Shown: positions 12,030 through 21,501, numbered from the stretch's first letter. The stretch is 44,653 bases of DNA from Betaproteobacteria bacterium RIFCSPLOWO2_12_FULL_62_13 (GCA_001771985.1 MERG01000361.1:1-44653); one strand, 5' to 3'. Notes: generated by a model not told the origin, from the sequence alone. Numbers and translations are program-made.

Positions 12030-12203
12030 GTATTGAATCGCGCAATCTTTGATCTATGTCAAAGCCACCATGGTTACATCCGTGACCTTCAAGACCGCGA
12101 GATTGAGCAGGCAATGCGCGCCTACGTCCTCTTCTACAACGGCGCTCGGCTACACTCTTCGCCGAATTACGTGCCGCCAGCGAGGTATGAACGGCTGGCA
12201 TGA
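12030..12203 (+). pseudogene. C-terminal remnant of an IS3-family (rve) transposase
   Basis: Translation ...REIEQAMRAYVLFYNGARLHSSPNYVPPARYERLA* matches the conserved IS3 OrfB tail (YN..R.HS.L.Y..P..). There is no upstream coding continuation. Confidence 0.65.
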
Positions 12204-12290
12204 CGAACCGGTGTGAAACAAAATCGGGGGAAGATTCTGGCGCTTCGGCCACTGCTTTGTTACGATTCAAAAATTAAATATTAATAAATT

Positions 12291-13418
12291 ATGCTACTTG
12301 CCGAATTCCAAGGGAAAGCGCTGCTCCGCAGCGCGGGCGTCGCGGTGCCGCACGGAATTCTCGCCCGCAACCCGGCTCAGGCTGCGAAAGGCAGGATGGC
12401 CCTGCCCGCCGCCGTGAAAGCGCAGGTTGGCGGCGGCGGGCGCGGCAAGGCGGGCGGCGTGGTGCGCGCACAAACCCGCGAGCAACTCGTGGCCGCCGCC
12501 GAACGCATCTTCGCTACCGAGTTTTCCGGGCAGAAGCCGCGCGCCGTTTTGATCGAGCCGTGGGTCGCGATAGAACGCGAGCTCTATCTCGCGGTGACTG
12601 TCGACGGTCGCGCCGGCGGCTACGTCGTCCTCTATTCGCCCGTCGGCGGGATCGATGTGGAATCGGGCACGCCGCCCCTTCGCTACGAAGTTGGCCCAGC
12701 CTCGAATTTCCGCGGCTACCGGTTGCGCGAGGTCCTGCGGCCAGTCGAAGCCGGCGTGGCGCTGCGCGAGCGCCTAATCGAACTGGCACGCACGCTGTTG
12801 CGCATTGCCGCCCGCCATGACTGCACGACGATCGAAATCAATCCGTTGGCGCAGCTTGCCGACGGTAGCTTGCTCGCCACGGATGCCAAGGTGGTGTACG
12901 ACGACTCCGCCGCGTTTCGGTCGAGCGACATCGCAGCAGCCGTCGAGGCGGAGCGCCGCCGGCATCCGCCTCCGATCGCACGCGCCTTGGCGCACAGGCT
13001 GATGCTCGTGTGGCTCGACGGTGATGTCGGCCTCATTTCGGGCGGCGCCGGCATGACGATGGTTACGATGGACCTGATCGACGCGGCCGGCGGCCAGCCC
13101 GCGTGTTTTCTCGACTGTAGCGCCAACCCGACGCCGGAAGGGTACCGGATGGCTTTCAACCTGCTCGACCGGAACCCGAAGGTCACGGTCATCCTGGTCG
13201 CGATGTTCGGCGACGGGGTGCACATCGATCGCGTGGCGCGCGTGATGAAGGAAATCATGCAGAAACGCAGGGCCAAAAAGCCGGTTGTCTTCCGCCTGAA
13301 CGGCACCAACGCCGCAAAGGTGGCCGAGGTTTGGGCCGGCACCGAGCTATACAACCATGCCGCCCTCGAAACGGCCGTCTGGCAGGCGGTCGCGCTCGCA
13401 CGGGCGGCTCCGCCATGA
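12291..13418 (+). CDS. Succinate-CoA ligase beta-subunit-like ATP-grasp protein (substrate unknown)
   Basis: MLLAEFQGKALL, VKAQVGGGGRGKAGGV and GGAGMTMVTMDLIDAAGGQPACFLDCS match SucC architecture. The sequence just upstream is AT-rich with no clear RBS and follows an IS3 remnant. Confidence 0.8.
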   Translation: MLLAEFQGKALLRSAGVAVPHGILARNPAQAAKGRMALPAAVKAQVGGGGRGKAGGVVRAQTREQLVAAAERIFATEFSGQKPRAVLIEPWVAIERELYLAVTVDGRAGGYVVLYSPVGGIDVESGTPPLRYEVGPASNFRGYRLREVLRPVEAGVALRERLIELARTLLRIAARHDCTTIEINPLAQLADGSLLATDAKVVYDDSAAFRSSDIAAAVEAERRRHPPPIARALAHRLMLVWLDGDVGLISGGAGMTMVTMDLIDAAGGQPACFLDCSANPTPEGYRMAFNLLDRNPKVTVILVAMFGDGVHIDRVARVMKEIMQKRRAKKPVVFRLNGTNAAKVAEVWAGTELYNHAALETAVWQAVALARAAPP

Positions 13419-14314
13419 GCGTCCTGATTGATGAAGGAACGCGTCTGCTGATTCAGGGGATCGCCGGCAGATTCGGACGTATTGCGGCGCGCGAGCTGCT
13501 CGCGTACGGCACAAAAGTCGCCGCCGGCATCGCGCACGGGCGTCCCGACACGGCGATTGAAGGCATCCCCGTCTTTCAAAACGTGCGCGCCGCACGCGAG
13601 GCGACGGGCGCTGATGCGGCGATTGCTTTTGTGCCAGCGGTGGCTGCGCTCGATCAGGTCATCGAAGCCTTCGAGGCCGGTATCCGGCTCGTCATCTACC
13701 CCGGCGACGGCCTGCCCATCCAGGATGCGATTGAAATGCGAGCCGCAGCGCGGGCCAACGGTGCGGTGCTGGTCGGCCCCAACACGCCAGGGGTGATTTC
13801 TCCGGGCAAGGCCAAGGTCGGGTTCATGCCTTCGTTCTGCTACGTGGCGGGACCGCTTGGGGTAATCTCACGCAGCGGCTCGCTCTCCTATGAGGTGGGG
13901 CACCGTCTGACCGGCGCCGGCCTCGGACAAAGCACGGTCATCGGCATCGGCGGCGATCCGGTGAAGGGCCTTAACGCAGCGGAAGCGCTCGAGCTGCTGC
14001 ACGCCGATCCTGAAACGCGCGCAATCGTTTATCTCGGCGAGATCGGCGGCACGGACGAGTACGATGTCGCGCGTTACGCCCAGCGGCAAGGCGCGAAGCC
14101 CGTCGCCGCGCTGATCGTCGGGCGGGCGGCTCCCGCAGGAAAGAAAATGGGACACGCCGGGGCGTTGATTGGATCGCATGCCGATACTCACGCGGCGAAG
14201 ACGAAGTTGCTGCGCGAAGCCGGCGTGCACACCGCTGACACGATCACCCATCTCGTGCCGGCGGCGATGGCCGCGCTGAACCACATTGCCTGCGCACCTG
14301 CGGCGCGCGTTTGA
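13415..14314 (+). CDS. Succinate-CoA ligase alpha-subunit-like protein
   Basis: LIQGIAGRFG, GPNTPGVISPG, SRSGSLSYE and the phosphohistidine loop MGHAGAL are present. ATGA overlap with the upstream beta-like gene. Confidence 0.85.
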   Translation: MSVLIDEGTRLLIQGIAGRFGRIAARELLAYGTKVAAGIAHGRPDTAIEGIPVFQNVRAAREATGADAAIAFVPAVAALDQVIEAFEAGIRLVIYPGDGLPIQDAIEMRAAARANGAVLVGPNTPGVISPGKAKVGFMPSFCYVAGPLGVISRSGSLSYEVGHRLTGAGLGQSTVIGIGGDPVKGLNAAEALELLHADPETRAIVYLGEIGGTDEYDVARYAQRQGAKPVAALIVGRAAPAGKKMGHAGALIGSHADTHAAKTKLLREAGVHTADTITHLVPAAMAALNHIACAPAARV

Positions 14315-14559
14315 GCCGTTTCGCTGCGCGCGCATTCGGTAGTTGCCGACGTGGCGTTCCCCAGGAACTCACAAATTGCAGCTCGATGAAATAAGTGACG
14401 TCGGCTTCCTTTGCCCCTGGCCCCAAATCATCCGCAGGAATCAGGCGCGGAACGCGCGCAACCGGGAATCGGACTTCCCGCTGCGTCAAATAAGAATATG
14501 CATGCACCGGCGTTGCGGCCGATTCTCGCACCACTCCCACCCTTGGTAACCTAGAAAAT

Positions 14560-15120
14560 GCTACCGCAAGAATGCATCACACCTGCGCTCAACTTACATT
14601 AACTGTGCCATTTGAAGGTACTCTTGTCAGGTGGTTAGCTTCCAGGATATTTTCGAGGCATGTTCTGTCGTCTTCTTCTTCAGTTGGCAGCCGACAGCGC
14701 GCCCTAGTTCCTGCCACACGGAAAACCTTCGCGACTTATCCTCTACCTTGGCAATGCCCGTCTCTTTGAGCCCTCGATGCATATCGAGAATCGCTCCCAC
14801 CCCTGCGATGAACCCGCGTGATGAAACAAGACGATCCGAAAGCCCATGGCGGCCAGCTCGTCGACCGGGGTATCGTTAGGGTAGGCGAAACTACCTGAAG
14901 AACTATCGCCTTGTAGAAAACTCCGCGCGCGGTGTATGGGCTGGGGCGAGCGAGGCTCGTACACGCGCCGGCATGGGGGCGGGCAGTACCAAGTAATCGC
15001 GGTTGAGTGGTCTGCGCCACGTCACCGGCGCCCGCGACGAAGACATCGACGCCGTTCACCTTCAGAATCTCGGGAGATTGCGGACCGCCTCTCGCCCCTC
15101 GATCATCACGCAGAAGAGCG
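14560..15120 (-). pseudogene. Frameshifted gene remnant, possibly the C-terminal half of a PEP-mutase/isocitrate-lyase- or HpcH-type lyase
   Basis: Pieces in three frames (PNDTPVDELAAMGFRIVLF; GFIAGVGAILDMHRGLKETGIAKVEDK...) read like a TIM-barrel lyase tail. No intact ORF. The family assignment is weak. Confidence 0.25.
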
Positions 15121-15121
15121 A

Positions 15122-15817
15122 CTATTCCAAGATAATGCGCGCGTCCACTGCGATTGCATTGTCCCATCGAGCAAAGATGGGATTAATGTCCATCTCCTTG
15201 ATCTCGGGCGTTTTGGCGACAAATGCAGAGATCTTGAGCAATATATCCTCCAACGCCTTGATATTGGCCGGCTCCGAACCGCGGTACCCTTCGAGCAGCG
15301 GAAAACTTTTGATTTCTTTTATCATGTCCCTAGCGTCACGTTGGGTTATCGGCACTACGCGGAAAGAAACGTCCTTCAGGAGCTCGACCAGGATGCCGCC
15401 AATGCCAAACATGAGTACCGGACCGAACTGCGGGTCCTTCGACATCCCGATGATCACTTCGACGCCCGGTTTGGCCATGTTCTGCACTGATGCACCATCG
15501 ATCTTGGAACTCGGCTGCTTTGCCTTTGTCACGCCCATAATCTCATCGTATGCCTTGCCCACGGCGGCGGCGTTACCCAGCCCCAACTTCACGCCGCCGA
15601 TGTCACTCTTATGGACAATATCCTGGGAGACTATCTTGAGCACTACGGGAAAGCCGATGTCCCGGGCAAGGGCAATGGCCTCAGCACGGGACGTGGCGAG
15701 GCGTGTATCGCTGGTCGACACGCCGGCCTCTTTGAGCAACTGCTTCGATTCAATTTCGTTGAGGTACTTGCGTCCGCTGTTCTGCGCGTTTTCAATAATG
15801 GTTAACATAGCCGGCAA
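15122..15817 (-). CDS. ADP-forming acyl-CoA synthetase beta-type protein (ATP-grasp_5 domain only)
   Basis: YLNEIESKQLLKEAGVSTSD..., GFPVVLKIVSQDIVHKSDIGGVKLGL and EMDINP are typical of the ACD beta domain. 231 aa. TTG 15817 or ATG 15808 start, preceded by GGGAGG. Confidence 0.8.
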   Translation of the reverse strand: MPAMLTIIENAQNSGRKYLNEIESKQLLKEAGVSTSDTRLATSRAEAIALARDIGFPVVLKIVSQDIVHKSDIGGVKLGLGNAAAVGKAYDEIMGVTKAKQPSSKIDGASVQNMAKPGVEVIIGMSKDPQFGPVLMFGIGGILVELLKDVSFRVVPITQRDARDMIKEIKSFPLLEGYRGSEPANIKALEDILLKISAFVAKTPEIKEMDINPIFARWDNAIAVDARIILE

Positions 15818-15859
15818 GGTGCTTTTCTTCCTCCCTGTATTGTATAACTACTCCTGCGC

Positions 15860-16093
15860 CTACAATACAACTTCACCGCTCGTGCGGAGTGCGTAGAAAA
15901 GGTTGATTTCCACCTCTCCCTCACCCACTACGATATGCTGGGCAATCGCTTCTACGATCCGCCGTTTCTCCTCGGACGGCAAGGCAGGGGCACCTTCGTG
16001 GCGCGGCACGATTCCGGTGCGCAAGAATTTCGTTTCTCTAATATTCTCAACAGGCGCAACGAGAACATCACGACCATCCGTACGCGCATTTCA
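15860..16093 (-). pseudogene. Probable C-terminal tail of a serine recombinase (fragment without a start codon)
   Basis: The stop-to-stop frame reads ...LPSEEKRRIVEAIAQHIVVGEGEVEINLFYALRTSGEVVL*. This resembles the conserved tail of large/Pin-like serine recombinases, recalled from memory. Confidence 0.3.
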
Positions 16094-16182
16094 TTCAGGA
16101 TTGACGACCGGCCCGTCGAAATCCGGCGCCGGCGTTTTGATGGAATGGAGTACCACTACTTGTTCACGCACAACCGGCTGGA

Positions 16183-16800
16183 CTAAAGGAACAGAGTGGA
16201 ATACGCGGGGTTCTCACTCGCGGCCAAGCTGCCGAACATCAAGTACGTTTCTCCGGTCACCCAGGCATTGAGCGCAGCAACGCTCCCCTTGTATGGAACG
16301 TGGACTATGTCGCTGCCGGCGGCATCACTGAACATGAAGCCGGCAAGCCGGGGCGCCGTTCCGTTTCCTGGCGATCCGCAGTTCAGCTGCCCCGGCCGCG
16401 CTTTTGCGAGCGCGACGAGGTCCTTTACGGAACGCACCGGCAACGAGGGGTGCACCACCAGGATATTGGGAAAAGACGCAAGTCTGGTGACCGGCGCGAA
16501 ATCCCTTACAGGATCGTAGGGCAGCTTCGGTTGCACGTTGGGATTGATCGCATGCGAGGTGTTGTTTCCCGGGAATATGCTGTACCCGTCGGGTGCAGCG
16601 CGCGCGGCAAGCTCGGCGCCCAGGATCGTTCCTCCCCCCGGCCGATTATCAACCAGGAACTGAATACCCGTGGTTTCTGTAATCTTCCGGGTAATCGAGC
16701 GGGCTACCAGGTCTGCGCCTCCGCCGGGCGGGAAGGGAACAATATAGCGAAACAGCCGCCTGGTCGATTTCGTGGGGAGCACTCCGGCCGGCGACATGGC
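16183..16800 (-). pseudogene. Truncated Bug/TctC-family periplasmic binding protein
   Basis: IVPFPPGGGADLVARSI...VDNRPGGGT...PDGYS...VHVPYKG follows the Bug pattern. There is no signal peptide (upstream frame broken) and the protein stops about two-thirds of the way through (stop at 16183). Confidence 0.7.
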
Positions 16801-17133
16801 ACTCGGCTCGCTGCGCGGACCGATGCATGAGGAGACGCAAGCATGGCTGATGCGGCTCTCCATGGGTATCCCGACGGCGCACGCCACCGCCGCGGAAGGG
16901 CACGACCGGCTGATGCTGGCCAAGGCTTACGATTTGTCAGCTCGTATCAAAGGGCCGGTCCGCCTGCCCATTTCACCGCAGGACGAAAAGCGGAAACTCT
17001 AATTTCAGGACTCCTGACATTGCGTAGAATTCTATGCAAGCCTGGGGGTGTCAGTGGCGAATTCGCAGTATGACGGAATCCGCCCATGCCGTGCAGTCTT
17101 GCACGCGATGGCGGTCGTGGTGACGGTCGTCCC

Positions 17134-17346
17134 ATGCGCGAACTCCTCATCCTCGCCATCCACCTTCTCGTCACCGTAGCGAAACTAATGCGCCCCGGTG
17201 GCGTCCGCGCCGTCGCCGCGGAGTCGCTACTTCTCAAACATCAGCCGCTGACAAGCAATCGATCCAGACAGCGCGCTCCGAATCTGACTGCGCTCGATCG
17301 TTTTCTGCTCGGGCTGACCACGCTGCTTCTCGGTAATAGAAGTTGA
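17134..17346 (+). pseudogene. N-terminal fragment of an rve-type DDE transposase
   Basis: MRELLILAIHLLVTVAKLMRPGGVRAVAAESLLLKHQ...RAPNLTALDRFLLGL matches a common transposase N-terminus (hydrophobic helix plus AE.L.LK.Q motif). It stops after 70 codons. Confidence 0.55.
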
Positions 17347-17424
17347 GCACCCCGCCGAGTCGCTGCCGGCGAGGCACCATCTCGTCATTAGCGGCAACCG
17401 CGTGAGGGAGTGGGTGACTGTGGT

Positions 17425-17776
17425 TCCGCAATTATTAGCGTCGTGCATTTCCCCACAGGTTTGACGGGCGCACGATGACTACTGCATCGCGCCAATCGAA
17501 AAGTCTGGAGAGCAGCGCAGGGCTAACACGAGTCGCATAATCCACACGCGGGGCTTGATGCCTCGCACTATATATCTGGCGAGCTGTTTGCGAAGGACCA
17601 AGTTCTCAGCGCGGATTGCGCTGAACGGGCGCAGGAACAGGATCCCCAGCTTCAAGACGTCTAAGAGCAAACCGACCACCATTCGCGCCAACCCACGCGG
17701 GCTCGCATCCTGGCAGATTCGGCTCACGTCTTCAGCCGTAAAACACCCTGACACCTACGATGCGAATTATTGCGGG
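17425..17776 (-). mobile_element. Internally deleted IS remnant with ~21-bp imperfect terminal inverted repeats, enclosing a second transposase N-terminal fragment (17479-17754, minus)
   Basis: TCCGCAATTATTAGCGTCGTG (17425-17445) against the reverse complement of TACGATGCGAATTATTGCGGG (17756-17776). The internal ORF has LGILFLRPFSAIRAENLVLRKQLA, the same family as the 17134 fragment. Confidence 0.5.
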
Positions 17777-17792
17777 CTACACTGCCGAGATA

Positions 17793-17821
17793 TTAGGAAG
17801 CGCTCAATTGGCGCTTCCTAA
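17793..17821 (-). terminator. Perfect 11-bp hairpin TTAGGAAGCGC-N7-GCGCTTCCTAA just 3' of tRNA-His (no U-tract)
   Basis: Read directly. It lies 12 nt downstream of the tRNA-His CCA end on the minus strand. The terminator role is inferred. Confidence 0.4.
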
Positions 17822-17832
17822 GTCGTTGAATT

Positions 17833-17909
17833 TGGGGTGGCAGATGGGACTCGAACCCACGACAACCGGAATCACAATCCGGGACTCTACCAGCTGAGCT
17901 ACTGCCACC
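17833..17909 (-). tRNA. tRNA-His (anticodon GTG), with G-1 and encoded CCA
   Basis: Folded by hand. Acceptor G-1 plus GTGGCAG/CTGCCAC, anticodon stem CCGGA/TCCGG with loop TTGTGAT, T-arm GTGGG-TTCGAGT-CCCAT, discriminator C. Confidence 0.93.
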
Positions 17910-17922
17910 GTCGGTAAAACGA

Positions 17923-18001
17923 GTGTTGAATGTTGAATATTCAGTGTTGAGCGATCCCGGACAGGTTCCACTTAACGCTTACCACCAAACACTCAACACT
18001 G
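17923..18001. repeat. Heptamer repeats GTGTTGA ATGTTGA ATATTCA GTGTTGA (17923-17950) with a perfect 10-bp stem CAGTGTTGAG (17942-17951) / CTCAACACTG (17992-18001)
   Basis: Read directly. It fills most of the 108-nt spacer between tRNA-Arg and tRNA-His. Confidence 0.85.
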
Positions 18002-18017
18002 CCCGAACGGGCAAATC

Positions 18018-18094
18018 TGGCGCGCCCGGCGGGACTCGAACCCACAACCCCCGGCTTAGAAGGCCGGTGCTCTATCCGGTTGAGCTACGGGCAC
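18018..18094 (-). tRNA. tRNA-Arg (anticodon TCT), encoded CCA
   Basis: Folded by hand. Acceptor GTGCCCG/CGGGCGC, anticodon stem CCGGC/GCCGG with loop CTTCTAA, T-arm GTGGG-TTCGAGT-CCCGC. Confidence 0.92.
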
Positions 18095-18289
18095 TTTCGA
18101 GCAACGGGTTTGCGTATGCCGGATTCTCGCGAAACGCAGCAGGTTACGCTGAAACCAAAGGCGCGTAATATACTCCTCACCCCCCTAAAGGTCAATCAAC
18201 AACGGGCGACGAGAGACGGATATAATCTTGCTTGCGGTTGCCATGGATTTCTGATATTAAAGCGATTTTTTCAGCGGATTAAAGGGAAC

Positions 18290-18712
18290 ATGGCCACGGA
18301 ACTCCATAAGACTTTCCCCGCGTACAAACCGAAGGGGAAAGAAGATTACATGAATCAACGGCAGCTCGCGCACTTTCGCAAGATGCTGGAAGAAATAAAG
18401 CGCGACCTGTCGCAGGATATCGACCGCACCGTCCACACCATGCAGGATGAGGCGACCATTTTTGCCGACCCCAATGATCGGGCGAGCCAGGAATCCGACA
18501 TGTCGCTGGAGCTCAGGAACCGCGACCGCGAAAGAAAGCTCATCAAGAAAATCGATGAGACGATCGCACGCATCGACTCCGGAGATTACGGCTATTGCGA
18601 ATCGTGCGGCGTCGAAATCGGATTGAAGCGTCTCGAAGCGCGGCCCACGGCGACGCTGTGCATTGACTGCAAGACGCTCGACGAACTGCGGGAACGTCAG
18701 GTCGCGAAATAA
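18290..18712 (+). CDS. dksA: RNA polymerase-binding transcription factor DksA
   Basis: Coiled-coil with the acidic tip (DPNDRASQESD) and a C4 zinc finger CESCGVEIGLKRLEARPTATLCIDCK. ATG 18290 is preceded by AAAGGGA. Confidence 0.93.
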   Translation: MATELHKTFPAYKPKGKEDYMNQRQLAHFRKMLEEIKRDLSQDIDRTVHTMQDEATIFADPNDRASQESDMSLELRNRDRERKLIKKIDETIARIDSGDYGYCESCGVEIGLKRLEARPTATLCIDCKTLDELRERQVAK

Positions 18713-18791
18713 GGTGAGGCGTGAAGCGTGAGGAGTGAGGCGGAAATCCGCCGTCATCCACCGCCCTGCGGTTGACCCTCACACCTCACAA
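18713..18791. repeat. Heptamer hairpin module: GTGAGGC GTGAAGC GTGAGGA GTGAGGC (18714-18741), central GGCGG-aaat-CCGCC stem, pyrimidine arm ending CCCTCACACCTCAC
   Basis: Read directly. It starts 1 nt after the dksA stop, in the convergent dksA/pnp spacer. Confidence 0.85.
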
Positions 18792-18803
18792 GTTTCTGTT
18801 GGG

Positions 18804-18835
18804 AAAAAACCAGGGATAGCGGCGAGCTACCCCTT
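18804..18835 (-). terminator. Rho-independent terminator downstream of pnp
   Basis: Minus-strand RNA GGGGUAGC-ucgcc-GCUAUCCC (one G-U pair) followed by UGGUUUUUU. Confidence 0.7.
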
Positions 18836-18864
18836 GTCGTTTCGGACCCCCCGTAATCTGACGT

Positions 18865-20976
18865 TTATGGCGCGGTCTCCGCGGCCTTGGCTTCGGCAGC
18901 GACCGCTTTCATCGACAGGCGGAGCCTCCCTTTGTCATCCGCCTCCAGGACCTTCACCCGCACTGATTGACCTTCCTTCAGGTAATCGGCGACATTGTTG
19001 ACGCGCTCGTTCGCGATCTGTGAAATGTGCAACAATCCGTCTCTGCCGGGAAGCACGCTGACGATCGCCCCGAAATCGAGCAGCTTCAACACCGTGCCCT
19101 CGTAGATCCGGCCGACTTCCACGTCCGCCGTCAGCTCCTCGATGCGCTTCTTGGCCAGCTCTCCGCCTTCAGAGGACACGCAAGCGATCGTGACGGTACC
19201 GTCGTCTTCGATGTCGATCGTCGTTCCCGTTTCTTCGGTGATGGCGCGGATCACGGCACCGCCCTTGCCGATCACGTCGCGGATTTTCTCCGGCTTGATC
19301 TTCATCGTGATCATGCGCGGCGCATAGGCCGAAATCTCGGCCCGCGGGCTTGCGATCGCGAGCTTCATCTTCTCCAGGATATGCATGCGTCCTTCGCGCG
19401 CCTGGGTCAGAGCCGCGTGCATGATCTCCTTGGTAATGCCGTTGATCTTGATGTCCATCTGCAGCGCAGTCACGCCCTGCTCGGTTCCGGCGACCTTGAA
19501 GTCCATGTCGCCCAGATGATCCTCGTCGCCGAGAATGTCGGACAGGACCGCAAATCGGTTGCCATCCTTGATCAGGCCCATCGCGATGCCCGCCACGTGC
19601 GCCTTGAGCGGCACACCGGCATCCATCAGGGCGAGACAGCCGCCGCACACCGAAGCCATCGAGCTCGAACCATTCGACTCGGTGATTTCTGACACCACGC
19701 GCAGCGAATAGGCGAATTCCTCTGGCGTCGGCAGCACCGACAGCAACGCCCGCTTGGCAAGCCGGCCATGGCCGATCTCGCGGCGCTTCGGCGAACCGAC
19801 ACGTCCAGTCTCCCCGGTCGCATACGGGGGCATGTTGTAATGGAGCATGAAGCGTTCGCGATACTCCCCTTGCAAGGCATCGATGATCTGCTCGTCACGC
19901 GAGGTGCCGAGTGTTGCCGTCACCAGCGCCTGGGTTTCGCCACGGGTAAACAGGGCTGAACCATGAGCGCGCGGCAGTACGCTCGTGCGTATCGATATCG
20001 GTCGCACGGTGCGCGTGTCGCGACCGTCGATGCGCGGCTCGCCGTTCACGATCTGTCCGCGCACGATTTTTGATTCCAACGCAAAACAGGCTTCCTTGAC
20101 CAAGTTGGCGTCGGGGCCGCCTTCCGTCCCCACGCCGACCTCGGCGAACACGCGCTTCCAGATGTTGTCGATCGCCTCGGAACGGGCCTGCTTTTGTTTG
20201 ATCCGGAATGCTGCGTTCAGATCGTTCTCGGCAAGTTCCGCGATGCGCGTCGCCAGCGCCTGGTCCTTCGCCGCAGGCGCCCAGTCCCAGAGCGGCGCGG
20301 CCGCCTCGTCGACCAGTTCATTGATGACGTTGATCACCACCTGCATTTGTTCGTGACCATAAACCACGGCGCCGAGCATCACCTCCTCGGACAATTCGTG
20401 CGCTTCGGATTCGACCATCAACACCGCCTGCTGCGTCCCCGCCACGACCAGATCGAGCCGTGAGGACTTGAGTTCGGTGGCAGTCGGATTGAGCATGTAT
20501 TGACCGTCGATATATCCAACGCGGGCGGCGCCGATCGGGCCATTGAACGGAATCCCGGACAGCGCCAATGCTGCGGATGCGCCGATCATCGCCGGAATGT
20601 CGGAGTCGACTTCGCTGTTCGAAGACATCACGGTGGCAACCACCTGCACTTCGTTATAGAAGCCGTCGGGAAACAACGGCCGGATCGGACGGTCGATGAG
20701 CCGACATGTCAGGACTTCCTTTTCCGAAGGACGGCCTTCGCGCTTGAAAAAGCCGCCGGGGATCTTGCCTGCGGCATAGGTCCGTTCCTGGTAATCCACG
20801 GTCAGCGGGAGAAAATCCTGTCCAGCTTCGGCTTTCTTATCGCCCACCACCGTCACCAGCACCACGGTGTCTTCCATGTTGACCATTACCGCGCCGGTGG
20901 CTTGGCGCGCGATTTCTCCGATTTCGAGCGTCAACCGCTGACGTCCCCACATCAGAGTTTTCTTAATATGATTCAA
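18865..20976 (-). CDS. pnp: Polyribonucleotide nucleotidyltransferase (PNPase)
   Basis: Two RNase PH domains, KH ([15 protein letters not shown]) and S1 ([18 protein letters not shown]). Start proposed at TTG 20976 ([26 protein letters not shown]) with AAGGA 8 nt upstream. ATG 20952 is an alternative. Confidence 0.93.
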   Translation of the reverse strand: MNHIKKTLMWGRQRLTLEIGEIARQATGAVMVNMEDTVVLVTVVGDKKAEAGQDFLPLTVDYQERTYAAGKIPGGFFKREGRPSEKEVLTCRLIDRPIRPLFPDGFYNEVQVVATVMSSNSEVDSDIPAMIGASAALALSGIPFNGPIGAARVGYIDGQYMLNPTATELKSSRLDLVVAGTQQAVLMVESEAHELSEEVMLGAVVYGHEQMQVVINVINELVDEAAAPLWDWAPAAKDQALATRIAELAENDLNAAFRIKQKQARSEAIDNIWKRVFAEVGVGTEGGPDANLVKEACFALESKIVRGQIVNGEPRIDGRDTRTVRPISIRTSVLPRAHGSALFTRGETQALVTATLGTSRDEQIIDALQGEYRERFMLHYNMPPYATGETGRVGSPKRREIGHGRLAKRALLSVLPTPEEFAYSLRVVSEITESNGSSSMASVCGGCLALMDAGVPLKAHVAGIAMGLIKDGNRFAVLSDILGDEDHLGDMDFKVAGTEQGVTALQMDIKINGITKEIMHAALTQAREGRMHILEKMKLAIASPRAEISAYAPRMITMKIKPEKIRDVIGKGGAVIRAITEETGTTIDIEDDGTVTIACVSSEGGELAKKRIEELTADVEVGRIYEGTVLKLLDFGAIVSVLPGRDGLLHISQIANERVNNVADYLKEGQSVRVKVLEADDKGRLRLSMKAVAAEAKAAETAP

Positions 20977-20994
20977 TGTATTGTCCTTAAGATG

Positions 20995-21113
20995 AAAACA
21001 AAAAAGACCGCGCATCAGCGGTCTTGCGTTGGGCTTAGCGGATGCCGCCCAGCGGCAAACTCCGAACGCAATATCCGCTCGGGGCGCCCCCTACGGAGCT
21101 CGTAGCCGGCGCC
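20995..21113 (-). promoter_or_regulatory. rpsO-pnp spacer with two hairpins: GGCGCC..CTACG-gagct-CGTAG..GGCGCC (21083-21113) and a terminator-like AAGACCGC-N6-GCGGTCTT plus U-run (20995-21025)
   Basis: Hairpins read directly. By analogy with the E. coli rpsO terminator and the RNase III-processed pnp leader (established there, inferred here). Confidence 0.5.
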
Positions 21114-21127
21114 GCCATGACCGAGGC

Positions 21128-21397
21128 TTACTTCCGCAGGCCTAAGCGATCGATCAATGCCTTATACTGCTCGGCATTCGTTTTTTTCAAATAATCCAGA
21201 AGCTTACGGCGACGACTCACCATCCGCAACAAACCGCGCCGGGAATGATGGTCCTTCATATGGATCTTGAAGTGCTCGGTGAGATCACTGATACGTGCCG
21301 ACAACAACGCAATCTGCACCTCCGGTGATCCAGTATCGCCCTTGGCCCGCTGATATTCATTTACCAGATGGGCCTTCTGGGTAGTCGTTACAGCCAT
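21128..21397 (-). CDS. rpsO: 30S ribosomal protein S15
   Basis: 89 aa, with [38 protein letters not shown]. Confidence 0.97.
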   Translation of the reverse strand: MAVTTTQKAHLVNEYQRAKGDTGSPEVQIALLSARISDLTEHFKIHMKDHHSRRGLLRMVSRRRKLLDYLKKTNAEQYKALIDRLGLRK

Positions 21398-21501
21398 CTT
21401 TGCCTCTCAAGCTGAAAATTTTGTCATTTTACTCTCTAACCTCTCGTTTTTTCAACCAATATATGTGATCGCCCCACGGCGTATCGGTGCCGCTCCGGAT
21501 G

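Noticed and set aside
12716-13579. 287-aa minus-strand ORF over the SucC/SucD-like genes
   Set aside because: It is a shadow ORF. The plus-strand genes have the GGRGKAGGV and MGHAGA motifs.
7343-17821. Shared CTTCCTAA/TTAGGAAG motif in the inverted repeats at 7343-7408 and 17793-17821 as possible island att sites
   Set aside because: Only 8 nt are shared and each occurrence is part of a local palindrome. This is too short to separate from chance without genome-wide statistics.
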